Assembly: GCA_963836755.1 (NCBI GenBank)
Contig: CAWIKF010000002.1
Coordinates: forward strand, 352,001 to 416,000
DNA length: 64,000 nucleotides
Source of the DNA: an uncultured Verrucomicrobiae bacterium
GTDB taxonomy: Bacteria > Verrucomicrobiota > Verrucomicrobiia > Chthoniobacterales > Chthoniobacteraceae
Direction: 5' to 3'
Shown: positions 11,532 through 20,869 of the stretch, in pieces
Position numbering within the stretch: the stretch's first letter is position 1
How the letters are laid out: every line of letters begins with the position of its first letter
Program-made: the position numbers and the translations under genes
The notes under the pieces: model-generated
Told to the model about the DNA's origin: nothing
Database searches by the model: none
The model's input: the letters and a program-made list of their open reading frames with translations, nothing else

Positions 11532-12605
11532 ATGAAACCAAAATTTGTATTCGCCGTAGCATGCTATCTTTTATGCATCGGCGGAGCATTGTGGTTGGGT
11601 AAGGGTAAAAGTTTGCAGCCGGGCGTGAAGGAGCGCCGTGCGCCACTCATCGGCCTTTCTCTCGATACCTTGAAAGAAGAGCGGTGGCAGGCGGATCGCA
11701 ACGTATTTGAAAAGCGTGCAAACGACCTTGGCGCGCAACTTTTAGTCCAGTCGGCGAATAGCGACGACACGCGGCAGGTCGCGGATGTGCAGGCGTTGAT
11801 CAGCCGTCGTGTCGACGTCCTTGTGATAGTCCCACACAACGGCGCGGCGATGGCGACCGCCGTGAACATGGCTCATGAAGCGGGCATTCCAGTGCTTTCT
11901 TACGACCGGCTTATCACCGGCTGCGACGTCGACCTCTACATGACTTTTGACAACGTAAAAGTCGGTGAGCTACAGGCCAAATACGCGGTCGATAATGTCA
12001 CGAATCGTCCCATGAGGATTGTGCGCATCTATGGTTCAAAAACGGATCACAACGCCGTTCTTTTCAAGGAAGGTCAGGACAAGGTGTTGGAACCGCTCAT
12101 AAAGACTGGGCAGGTTCAGGTAGTCCAGGAAGACTGGGCCGAAGATTGGCGGCCGGAGAACGCAAAGAAAATCACCAACGCCGCGATTACAAAAGCGGGC
12201 CATAACATTGACGCCATCGTCGCTTCCAATGACGGCACGGCCGGCGGAGCCATCCAGGCGCTTACGGAAGAAGGACTTGCCGGGAAGGTCTTGGTGACAG
12301 GACAAGATGCGGAGCTAGCCGCCAGCCAGCGCATTGTAAACGGCACCCAGGCCATGACTATTTACAAACCTGTCTCGAAACTGGCAGTCCAAGCCGCGGA
12401 AGCTGCGGTGAAAATGGCTGAAGGCAAATCCGTATTCACATCCAGCTCGATCGACAATGGCCAGGTGCAGGTGCCATCCATTCTACTGAACGTCATCGTC
12501 GTGACAAAGGAGAATATGATGGAGACTGTTGTCAAAGATGGCTTTCACAAACCATCGGAAATCTACCAGGGAATGGCCATTCCTGCAGCGAGTTCATCGC
12601 AATAA
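11532..12605 (+). CDS. xylF: Sugar (D-xylose-type) ABC substrate-binding protein, copy 1
   Basis: IGLSLDTLKEERWQADR, VLSYDRLI, FDNVKVGELQA, GSKTDHNA, ASNDGTAGGAIQAL, TGQDAE, QAMTIYKP. Confidence 0.85.
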   Translation: MKPKFVFAVACYLLCIGGALWLGKGKSLQPGVKERRAPLIGLSLDTLKEERWQADRNVFEKRANDLGAQLLVQSANSDDTRQVADVQALISRRVDVLVIVPHNGAAMATAVNMAHEAGIPVLSYDRLITGCDVDLYMTFDNVKVGELQAKYAVDNVTNRPMRIVRIYGSKTDHNAVLFKEGQDKVLEPLIKTGQVQVVQEDWAEDWRPENAKKITNAAITKAGHNIDAIVASNDGTAGGAIQALTEEGLAGKVLVTGQDAELAASQRIVNGTQAMTIYKPVSKLAVQAAEAAVKMAEGKSVFTSSSIDNGQVQVPSILLNVIVVTKENMMETVVKDGFHKPSEIYQGMAIPAASSSQ

Positions 12606-12608
12606 CCT

Positions 12609-13703
12609 ATGAGCCCCGCAAGCAAGTCGAAACTCATCCTTGTAGTAGTATCGATCATCGTCAGCGTCCTGACCGGAGTAGTCCTTTGGCGAGGCCCCGG
12701 CGTGGCTTTGACGAATCATGGACGGCGCGCTCCTTTGATAGGTCTCTCGCTGGACACACTCGCCGGAGCCCGCTGGCAGGCTGATCGTGATCTTTTTGTG
12801 AAACGCGCGAAGGAGCTTGGCGCAGACGTTCTAGTTCAGTCTGCAAATAGTGATGATACACGCCAGATTAGCGATGTGGAAGCTCTCATCAGCCGCCGCG
12901 TGGATGTGTTGGTGATAGTCCCACACGATGGCGCCGCAATGGCCAAGGCAGTGAACATGGCGCATGACGCTAAGATTCCAGTGCTGGCTTATGACCGCCT
13001 GGTCACCGATTGCGATCTCGATCTCTATGTCACCTTTGACAACGTCAAAGTAGGCGAACTACAAGCTCAGTTCATCGTAGATCATCTAAAGGATCACCTT
13101 CCCATCCGCATCGTGCGAGTGCTGGGCTCCAAGACCGACCACAACGCGCTCTTATTCAAAGAAGGTCAGGACAAAGTTCTCGATCCTCTCATTGCAAAAG
13201 GCGATGTGAAAATCGTTCACGAAGACTGGGCTGAGAGCTGGCGGCCGGAGAATGCGAAGAAGATCACCAATGCCGCAATAACGAAGGTCGGTTCAAACTT
13301 TGATGCCATACTGGATTCCTACGATGGCACCGCTGGCGGAGATATTCAGGCACTTACCGAGGAAGGCCTTGCGGGAAAGATCCTCGTCACAGGCCAGGAT
13401 GCGGATCTTGCCGGATGCCAACGCATCGTCAATGGCACACAAAGCATGACTATCTACAAGCCGTTGAAGAAACTGGCGACGCTCGGTGCGGAAGTCGCAG
13501 TGAAGCTGGCTCGTGGCCGGCCCATTGCGACGACTGCCACCATCGACAATGGAAAGGCCAAAGTCCCAACTATCCTTCTCGACGTCGAGTTGGTCACAAA
13601 GGCGAACATGATGGACACGGTCATCAAGGACGGCTTTCACAAAGCCTCGGAAGTTTACCAAGGAACAGCTACAACTTCGCCGCAACCTGCCAATGCGCAA
13701 TGA
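12609..13703 (+). CDS. xylF: Sugar (D-xylose-type) ABC substrate-binding protein, copy 2 (tandem paralog)
   Basis: Same motifs as copy 1, with substitutions such as LDTLAGARW and DSYDGTAGGD. Confidence 0.8.
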   Translation: MSPASKSKLILVVVSIIVSVLTGVVLWRGPGVALTNHGRRAPLIGLSLDTLAGARWQADRDLFVKRAKELGADVLVQSANSDDTRQISDVEALISRRVDVLVIVPHDGAAMAKAVNMAHDAKIPVLAYDRLVTDCDLDLYVTFDNVKVGELQAQFIVDHLKDHLPIRIVRVLGSKTDHNALLFKEGQDKVLDPLIAKGDVKIVHEDWAESWRPENAKKITNAAITKVGSNFDAILDSYDGTAGGDIQALTEEGLAGKILVTGQDADLAGCQRIVNGTQSMTIYKPLKKLATLGAEVAVKLARGRPIATTATIDNGKAKVPTILLDVELVTKANMMDTVIKDGFHKASEVYQGTATTSPQPANAQ

Positions 13704-15235
13704 GCACGGTCGTTCTCGAAGCTAGAAAGATCGTCAAGAAGTTTCCTGGCGTCATTGCGCTGAAGAACGTCAGCTTTGACTTGCGGAAAGGAGAAATCCA
13801 CGCCATCTGCGGAGAGAATGGCGCCGGTAAATCGACGCTCATCAAGCTACTTTCCGGCCTTCATCCTTACGGGTCTTATGAAGGAGAGTTAGTGATCGAT
13901 GGCAAGCCGGCACACTTCCGCTCATTAGCTGATGCGGAGAACGCGGGCATTGCAGTCATTTATCAAGAGCTGGCGCTGGTCAATGAAATGACCGTAGCCG
14001 AAAACATTTTTCTCGGCGGCGAACCGCGCACGCCTCTTGGCATGATTGACTGGCACAAGGTCTATCGCGACGCGCGCGTTCTACTCGACCGTTTCAAGGT
14101 CGACATTGATCCCGCGGCACAGGTTATCAAGCTAGGGGTGGGGCAAAAGCAGCTGGTTGAGATCGTGAAGGCTTTGTCCAAGAATTCGCGCATCCTCATT
14201 CTCGATGAACCGACAGCGGCGCTCGCGGAGCACGAAGTTCTCATCTTGCTGGACATCGTCCGTGAGTTGCGAAAGGAAGGGATCTCGAGCATCTACATCT
14301 CACACAAGCTCGATGAAGTTTTTGCAATCAGTGACCGCATTACTGTCATCAGAGATGGTGAATCGATCGTCACTCTCGATGCGCAAAAGACGAACAAGGC
14401 GGAAGTGATTAAACAGATGGTTGGACGCGAGATTGCCGACCTTTTTCCGCGCCGGCCGAGCAAGCCCGCTGAACCGGTGCTGGAAGTAAAGGATCTAAGT
14501 GTCGCCAACCCACACACTGGAGAAAAGTTTCTAAAGGAGATCAACTTTACTTTGCGCGCGGGTGAAGTCCTCGGCATCGGTGGATTAATGGGCGCGGGGC
14601 GCACGGAGTTATTGATGCATCTTTTCGGCGCGTGGGGTGAAAGGCTTTTTGGGAGAGTTAGTTTAAATGGAAATGAAATACAGGCGGGCAAACCGCACCA
14701 GATCATCCGGCGCGGCATGGTGCTGGTGAGCGAAGATCGCCGCCGCTACGGCCTTATCCTCGAAAAAAGCATCTCCTTTAATATGTCGCTCTCATCGCTG
14801 GCTCGTCTCACGAGCAGCAACTTTCTTATCGACCAAAGGCGAGAGCATGGGCGCAATGATGAGTTCTTCTCCTCGTTGCGCGTAAAAGCTCCTTCGATGA
14901 ATTACATCGTCGGGAAGCTCTCGGGCGGGAACCAGCAAAAGGTCGTGTTAGGTAAAGCCTTGATGACTGAGCCAAAGGTCATCTTTCTCGATGAACCGAC
15001 GCGCGGCATCGATGTCGGCGCGAAGCTGGAAATTTACGAGATCATCAACAAGCTCACCGAGAGTGGACAAGCCGTGGTGCTGGTGTCGAGCGAACTGCCG
15101 GAGCTGATCGGCATGAGCGATAGGATCCTGATGTTGCACGAAGGAGTGATCGGCGGCGAATTCACTCGGGCCGAAGCGACGCAGGAGCGGTTGATGGCGG
15201 CGGCGATGGGACAGCAGCAGGTGGAACTGGCATGA
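13700..15235 (+). CDS. xylG: Sugar ABC transporter ATP-binding protein (two ABC domains)
   Basis: ATG 13700 overlaps the upstream TGA (ATGA). GENGAGKSTL, YGSYEG, ILDEPT, LSGGNQQKV, DEPTRGIDVGAK. Confidence 0.92.
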   Translation: MSTVVLEARKIVKKFPGVIALKNVSFDLRKGEIHAICGENGAGKSTLIKLLSGLHPYGSYEGELVIDGKPAHFRSLADAENAGIAVIYQELALVNEMTVAENIFLGGEPRTPLGMIDWHKVYRDARVLLDRFKVDIDPAAQVIKLGVGQKQLVEIVKALSKNSRILILDEPTAALAEHEVLILLDIVRELRKEGISSIYISHKLDEVFAISDRITVIRDGESIVTLDAQKTNKAEVIKQMVGREIADLFPRRPSKPAEPVLEVKDLSVANPHTGEKFLKEINFTLRAGEVLGIGGLMGAGRTELLMHLFGAWGERLFGRVSLNGNEIQAGKPHQIIRRGMVLVSEDRRRYGLILEKSISFNMSLSSLARLTSSNFLIDQRREHGRNDEFFSSLRVKAPSMNYIVGKLSGGNQQKVVLGKALMTEPKVIFLDEPTRGIDVGAKLEIYEIINKLTESGQAVVLVSSELPELIGMSDRILMLHEGVIGGEFTRAEATQERLMAAAMGQQQVELA

Positions 15236-15269
15236 CTGTCCGAACTTTGACTTCAGACCTATCGCCTCT

Positions 15270-16400
15270 ATGCAGTCAAAACTAACTCCCCGCGATTTTT
15301 CCATAGCTCTCGCGCTTCTCGCGATCTGCGGCTTCTTTGCCTTTAAGTCTCCGGACTTTCTAGGACCGCGGAATCTTTCCTTGCTCATGACGGAGCTGGC
15401 GATCACGGCGACACTCGCGATGGGAATGCTGCTGGTTATCCTGCCAGGACATATCGATCTCTCGGCTGGCAGCGGTGTCGGATTGCTCGGTGGCATCGCG
15501 AGCGTTTTGATCTTTGAACATGCGTGGCCGGCTCCGGCCGCAATGGCGATCGCTTTTGTCGCAGGCCTTGTCATTTGGGGTTCGATGGGCGCGCTCATTG
15601 TCCATGAAAGGATTCCCTCCTTCATCATCACGTTGGGCGGGCTGCTTGTTTTCAAAGGCTTGTTCTGGCTCGTGATTCACAATGCAACAATTCCCGTCGT
15701 GCTCGGCGGCCAGACCAATCTCTACTCGCTCCTCACCACGTTTTACTTTCCGCCGAAAATCGGCTACCTACTCGCCATCATCATCGTTTCGGCGCTCATC
15801 ACCGCGAGCCTCAGCGCGCGGAAGGCGCGCCAGCAATACGGCGTGCATACCGAGGATGGCGAAACGAGTTTCCTGAAGCTCTTCCTGGCCGCACAGTTGG
15901 TCTTTCTCTTCGTGATAGTGACGAACCAATTCCGCGGCGTCCCGCTCCCCGCTGTCATCCTCGGAGCTGTCGCCTTCATCGTCCATGTGCTGACAACGCA
16001 CACACCTTTCGGTCGCTACCTTTACGCCATCGGCGGCAACGAAGAAGCCGCTGTCATCTCCGGCATCCCTGTGGAAAAGGTCGTCATCGGCGCCTTCACA
16101 TTAATGGGTGCCATCGTTGCCATCACTGGCTTCATGCAGACTGCTTATGCCGGCGCCTCCACCACCACGGTCGGCGAACTCATGGAGCTCGACGCTATCG
16201 CCGCCTGCGTCATCGGCGGCGTCAGCTTGAAAGGCGGGCGCGGCACGGTCATGGGAGTGTTTTTTGGCGCGCTGCTCATGGCGGTCCTGCTCAACGGCAT
16301 GACTCTTCTCGCAGTTTCACCGGAGTTTAAGCTCATCGCCCGCGGCACCATCCTGGCACTCGCCGTTTGGATGGATGTGCGCCTTGCGCGCACCGCTTAA
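15270..16400 (+). CDS. xylH: Sugar ABC transporter permease
   Basis: GHIDLSAGS, IPSFIITLGG, TPFGRYLYAIGGNEEAA, ELDAIAACVIGGVSLKGGRG. Confidence 0.9.
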   Translation: MQSKLTPRDFSIALALLAICGFFAFKSPDFLGPRNLSLLMTELAITATLAMGMLLVILPGHIDLSAGSGVGLLGGIASVLIFEHAWPAPAAMAIAFVAGLVIWGSMGALIVHERIPSFIITLGGLLVFKGLFWLVIHNATIPVVLGGQTNLYSLLTTFYFPPKIGYLLAIIIVSALITASLSARKARQQYGVHTEDGETSFLKLFLAAQLVFLFVIVTNQFRGVPLPAVILGAVAFIVHVLTTHTPFGRYLYAIGGNEEAAVISGIPVEKVVIGAFTLMGAIVAITGFMQTAYAGASTTTVGELMELDAIAACVIGGVSLKGGRGTVMGVFFGALLMAVLLNGMTLLAVSPEFKLIARGTILALAVWMDVRLARTA

Positions 16401-16525
16401 GGTTTTACAAGCATCGCCCGCGATCGCGCAACAATTTCGGCTCGGCGGTGCACGATCCCTATTTGACCTATCTCCGATAGCAATTAAGAAAAGCACGAAA
16501 GCGCACTTGCGCAGCGGAGTAGAAA

Positions 16526-16569
16526 GCCAGTATGGCGAAATTGGCAGACGCGCCAGACTTAGGATTGGT
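16526..16569 (+). tRNA. 5' half only of tRNA-Leu (anticodon TAG); likely island attachment site
   Basis: GCCAGTA-TG-GCG-AAATTGGCAGA-CGC-G-CCAGA-CTTAGGA gives the acceptor 5' strand, Leu D-arm and anticodon loop. No variable arm, T-arm or TACTGGC acceptor 3' strand follows. Confidence 0.8.
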
Positions 16570-16684
16570 TTTTTGCCGCTTTCAAGACGTTGCTTCAAAT
16601 GCCATCGAATCAAGCACCAGACAGGGTTTCAGGTCGATTCTCGCTCCAAACGCGGTTGTCAAAAGACCCCTCAGAAAACGGCGC

Positions 16685-16705
16685 ATTCTAGCACAATTCT
16701 AGCAC
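16685..16705 (+). repeat. Tandem direct repeat ATTCTAGCAC x2 (possible integrase arm-type sites)
   Basis: attctagcac-a-attctagcac, 11-bp period, about 120 bp inside the tRNA junction. Confidence 0.5.
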
Positions 16706-17174
16706 GAACTTTCTCGGACGATCCGGCTACGTGCGAAATGTCCGCCTGAACTCGTGCGCTGAGGACGGGCCGTATTGGAACGCCGATGTTAGGCACGCCG
16801 CTCACGCCGGGATCGCCGACCATTTAAGCTCTTGCCTAGTCTGCGTGTGCACGTAGCTGGCGCTGCTCAAGCTTCAGCCAGGCAGCCCGATTGTCGAACA
16901 CGGCATTTGCCCTGCTATCCTTCCTGAATTTGCGGCGGACTATCTCGGAGAATTGCCGTGGCTCAAATCCTACCGCCGAAAAATTGGCTTTGTCTGGCAT
17001 CAGCGACTTTCCGATACAGGCCCCGCCGTTGCAAGGGTGCTTAACGCGCTGCTTTCAATTCAACTGCACAATCGAAATTGAGCCTTAAGTTGTGCAACGA
17101 GAGCCGTAGCAAAGGATCGATGGTGGCAATATACGGAGTTATCGCAAGCCAATGACTGCCACGAGAGCCGCTCG

Positions 17175-17339
17175 CTACATGCCGAAAGGTGAGAACATCC
17201 GGACGTGTCCCCATTTCCGCACGGAATCAGCGATCTGCCCGCGCTCGAATATTTCCATATCGAATCCCCGCGCCGTCGCCGCGAGCGCGGCCTCGAGCCC
17301 GATGGGGCCGGCGCCGATGATTGCGATTCTTTTTTTCAT
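17175..17339 (-). pseudogene. N-terminal fragment of an FAD/NAD(P)-dependent oxidoreductase
   Basis: MKKRIAIIGAGPIGLEAA...FERGQIADSVRKWGHVRMFSPFGM then stop; only the Rossmann GxGxxG start remains. Confidence 0.75.
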
Positions 17340-17473
17340 GAAAACTGACGCAGCCGACCACGGCTCTGCGCTGGTTGCAAGTAATTCGCAGATCGAATCA
17401 TCGTGCCTGCATCCCACACCGCGCAATGTTTCGTATCATGGCTAATGGTCATTGCATGGCAACCGCTGCGGCG

Positions 17474-17740
17474 CACCTCATGGAAGATGTGGAATTTTCC
17501 CGTCGACTCCGACGGAGTGGAAAAATCGTCATGCTTGATCCACCGATGCGGACGTCGCCGCGACGGCACATCGAGCAGGGAGCATGGAAAGTCACGCTGC
17601 GAAACACATTTTTTCTCGCGATGTTTCATTGCGGTCTTTCCCCCGCGCGCTTGCATCGCAGCTATTACGCCGGGACTTTCCGCGAGCGCGCCTTGCCATT
17701 ACCAGCCGGTGTGGCCGTGGACGGAACCGCCGCGACCTAA
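17474..17740 (+). pseudogene. C-terminal fragment of a TIGR04283-family glycosyltransferase (arsenosugar-cluster type)
   Basis: LMEDVEFSRRLRRSG....LDPP.RTSPRR....G....L.N...LA.F..G.SPARL.R.YY; the N-terminal GT-A domain is absent. Confidence 0.75.
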
Positions 17741-17748
17741 TTAACTTC

Positions 17749-19191
17749 ATGAACACGCACTTGACCAAAACCGAAATCTGGCGACGGCGCTGGCATGCTT
17801 TCAAAAACCCAATCTCGGGCGAAAAGGCGGAAATCTTGAAGCAGCGATGGGCTTCGCTGCCGCGAGAACTGCAGACACCGAATCAAATCTCCGGCCGCCA
17901 TCTCACGCACTGCGGTTTTATCCTGGGAGCGAGCTACTGCTCCTTTCACTGCACTCACTGCTATCTCCCGAAAAACGCTAACCGCGTGCCCATTCCATCG
18001 TTGAAGGATGTGAAAGAACAGATCGACGCGAACCGTCACTTCCAAGGTCCTGGCGGCGGCCTGCAAATCACCGGCGGCGATGTGGCCGATGCCTACTGGC
18101 GCGCCGGCCGAGCTGGTGAGCTGGTCGAGATCATCAAGTATGCATATCACGCGGGATTAGTGCCGATGTTAATGACGCACGGGCAGACCTTAATCGAGCA
18201 ACCCGAGTTTTTGGAAAGACTGGTTGTCGAAGGCGGCTTGCGCCAAATCTCCGTCCACATCGACCTCACGCAAGCAGGCCGGCACGGGTATCCGATCAAT
18301 CGAGTCGAAAGCGAAGCGGATCTCCATCCCGTTCGGGAAGCTTTCACCAAGCTAGCGCAGGATTTACGCAAAAAAACAGGACTTCCACTGGAATACGCAC
18401 TGAGTTTTACCGTGACCCGCAAAAACATCAAGGATGTGCCGGAGGTCATTCGATGGTATCTCGCCGATCCGGAACGCACATGCATCTGGCGCATGCTCAG
18501 TTTTCAACCAGAGGCTGATACCGGACGCACTGTTTTTTCCGAGAATCCCGTGAACCCACAAATCGTCTGGCAAAAAATATGCGAAGGCACTGGCTACGAA
18601 CTGGAGCAGGATGGGACCTTTTTTGGACATCCGGATTGCAATAGCTGGGCTTCCATTTTGGTTTCACGCAGAACGGGCAGAACCATCGCGCTTCTGCCTA
18701 CCGACAAGGTAACCAAGCGCCTGCTAGGACAGGTCCTCGCCAGCATCGGCGGCCTTTCCCTCATCACGGATGATGCCGGGACGGCGCCTTGGAGACTTAT
18801 AGGTGTGCTAGCCCATAACCCCATGCTCGCCGCTCGCACCCTGGCTCATCTATGCTCGCTGGTGATCTCTAACAGGCTTCCGTTCGAGATGATGAAAGAT
18901 CTTCTCACCGGCCACGCACATACGCTCGGTGTAGGCACTCACAACTTCATGGACGCCGCTACTGTCGCCCGCGCGGATTCTGACCCAGTAGTCCGCGCGC
19001 GGCTGGATGCATGTGTTTTCAAGGGAGCCGTAAAAGAGAATGGCGAATGGAAAGCTACTCCCATGTGCCAGATGAATGAAAGGAAGTGGTCGCAGGTTTA
19101 CGAGGAACGCCTCAACGATCCTGCCTTGGTTTTTGAAAAACAGATACAGGAGGCATCTGACCTACAAGAAACTTTAGCTCCGCATGGATAA
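17749..19191 (+). CDS. Radical SAM protein (large)
   Basis: CSFHCTHC (CxxxCxxC), QITGGD, MLMTHG, C-terminal HNFMD...RLDACVF...PMC. Confidence 0.88.
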   Translation: MNTHLTKTEIWRRRWHAFKNPISGEKAEILKQRWASLPRELQTPNQISGRHLTHCGFILGASYCSFHCTHCYLPKNANRVPIPSLKDVKEQIDANRHFQGPGGGLQITGGDVADAYWRAGRAGELVEIIKYAYHAGLVPMLMTHGQTLIEQPEFLERLVVEGGLRQISVHIDLTQAGRHGYPINRVESEADLHPVREAFTKLAQDLRKKTGLPLEYALSFTVTRKNIKDVPEVIRWYLADPERTCIWRMLSFQPEADTGRTVFSENPVNPQIVWQKICEGTGYELEQDGTFFGHPDCNSWASILVSRRTGRTIALLPTDKVTKRLLGQVLASIGGLSLITDDAGTAPWRLIGVLAHNPMLAARTLAHLCSLVISNRLPFEMMKDLLTGHAHTLGVGTHNFMDAATVARADSDPVVRARLDACVFKGAVKENGEWKATPMCQMNERKWSQVYEERLNDPALVFEKQIQEASDLQETLAPHG

Positions 19192-20128
19192 GCCGCTTAG
19201 CTTTCCCTACCTTCCGCTGACGGCGCTGGACACACTTTGGTTTCAAATCTCAGGAACACTTTGCAACCTCCGCTGCCATCATTGCTTTATCTCATGCGCG
19301 CCTGACAATCACGCCTTTGGACTGATGAAGTCCACGCAGTTCAAACCTTACCTCGAAGAATCCGTAAAGCTCGGCGTAAAAGAGTATTACTTCACGGGCG
19401 GAGAGCCATTCATCAATCCGGACATCCTGGAAATTTTGGAAGCTACCCTTGCTGTAGGCCCGGCAACTGTCCTTACAAATGCGACAAGGCTCTCGATGGA
19501 AAAAGTTGCGAGCCTGGCGCGGATTCGCAATGCATCGCGCTACTCATTGGAAATCCGGGTAAGTATCGACGGATTCTCTCCAGCTACAAATGATCCGATC
19601 CGCGGAGAAGGAACGTTTGATGCGGCAATGGCTGGAGTAAAGCTCCTCGTCGAACACGGGTTTTTACCGATCATCACCTCGATGCGCTCCTGGCCAATGG
19701 AAAATGACGAGGAATTTCTCATGGAATTCAAGAACCGCCTTTTCGCAATAGGCTACACTCGGCCGCGGATGAAACTTTTACCGTCATTGAAAATCGGCGA
19801 GGAAGCCGGGCGGGATCATGGCTATGAAAAGTTCGATTGGGTGACCGACGAAATGATGGCTGGATATGATGTAAATCAATTGCTTTGCCATAACAGCCGC
19901 ATCGTGAGCGACCGCGGGGTCCATGTCTGCCCAATCCTTGTGGATCAACCGCGAGCGAGACTGGGCGCAACTCTGCAAGACGCTTTCAAAGGCTACCATC
20001 TCAGCCATCAGGCATGTTCCACCTGCTACAAGTTTGGCGCGCTTTGCTCCAATGTCGGCTCCCGTCCGGTGGAATCAATGAAGACTCATGCTACGCCTCA
20101 GCGTTTCGAGGCATCAGCGATATCGTAG
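19184..20128 (+). CDS. Radical SAM protein with Cys-rich C-terminus
   Basis: LDTLWFQISGTLCNLRCHHC, YFTGGEPF, VLTNAT, RVSIDG, NDPIRGEGTF, C...CPIL...CSTC...C. Overlaps the upstream stop. Confidence 0.9.
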   Translation: MDKPLSFPYLPLTALDTLWFQISGTLCNLRCHHCFISCAPDNHAFGLMKSTQFKPYLEESVKLGVKEYYFTGGEPFINPDILEILEATLAVGPATVLTNATRLSMEKVASLARIRNASRYSLEIRVSIDGFSPATNDPIRGEGTFDAAMAGVKLLVEHGFLPIITSMRSWPMENDEEFLMEFKNRLFAIGYTRPRMKLLPSLKIGEEAGRDHGYEKFDWVTDEMMAGYDVNQLLCHNSRIVSDRGVHVCPILVDQPRARLGATLQDAFKGYHLSHQACSTCYKFGALCSNVGSRPVESMKTHATPQRFEASAIS

Positions 20129-20173
20129 CTGCGGGGCATGCTAACTCGCTCGGGTAAGCAGACTTTCGACACC

Positions 20174-20866
20174 TTAGACCGCACCCGATTTCTTCAATGC
20201 TTTTTTGGCGACACGGCTTATGAAGATAGCGACACCTATCGTGGCCAGCAGGCCTACTGCGAGCAGCACATATTGCATCGGACCATGATTGGAGTTTCCG
20301 CCAGTCACACTCGCCTTGCCCACAGCTCCGAAATAAGCGTAGAGCCATGTGCCAGGCAACATACCCGCCGCTGAACCGAGCATATAAGGCACGAGGCGGA
20401 TGGATGTCACGCCATAGAGATAGTTGCTGACATTGAATGGGATCAGTGGGCTAAGCCGCAGGAGCCCCACAATTTTCCAGCCATCTTTGCCAATGGCTTC
20501 ATCGATGGCCTTGAATCGCTCACTCTTTTTTGCTGCGTCTTCGACCTTTCCGCGAACCAGATAGCGGGCAACCAAAAAGGCAAGTGTCGACCCAAGAGTG
20601 GCACCACTCAGCGCCACAACCGTGCCGAGGAAAACGCCATAAACCAAGCCGGCGCTTATCGTAAAAACCCAACCCGGCAGGAAAAGGACAGCGCCCAAGC
20701 CGTAGATAGCGATGAAGATAATCGGTCCCCAAGGACCAAACTTCTGCACCCATTCAGTGAAGTCTTTCGCCAGTTCCTTGAGCGGAAGAAACGAAGCCGC
20801 CGCTGAGATGGCGATCAGGATGAGAACGACTGCAATCGCCTTCCCGTAGTTTCTTACGAAGTTCAT
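20174..20866 (-). CDS. TVP38/TMEM64 (DedA/VTT) membrane protein
   Basis: GWKIVGLLRLSPLIPFNVSNYLYG, GMLPGT..Y.Y.G. Confidence 0.92.
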   Translation of the reverse strand: MNFVRNYGKAIAVVLILIAISAAASFLPLKELAKDFTEWVQKFGPWGPIIFIAIYGLGAVLFLPGWVFTISAGLVYGVFLGTVVALSGATLGSTLAFLVARYLVRGKVEDAAKKSERFKAIDEAIGKDGWKIVGLLRLSPLIPFNVSNYLYGVTSIRLVPYMLGSAAGMLPGTWLYAYFGAVGKASVTGGNSNHGPMQYVLLAVGLLATIGVAIFISRVAKKALKKSGAV

Positions 20867-20869
20867 CGA

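Noticed and set aside
16788..16794. GTTAGGC as an integron core site
   Set aside because: No matching upstream RYYYAAC or hairpin; a 7-mer is expected by chance.
16526..17100. Group I intron interrupting tRNA-Leu
   Set aside because: No recognisable P/Q/R/S core elements and no downstream 3' exon found.
19184..20128. Naming this gene arsS
   Set aside because: The neighbourhood fits, but I do not recognise the ArsS-specific N-terminal and C-terminal motifs; an HMM test is needed.
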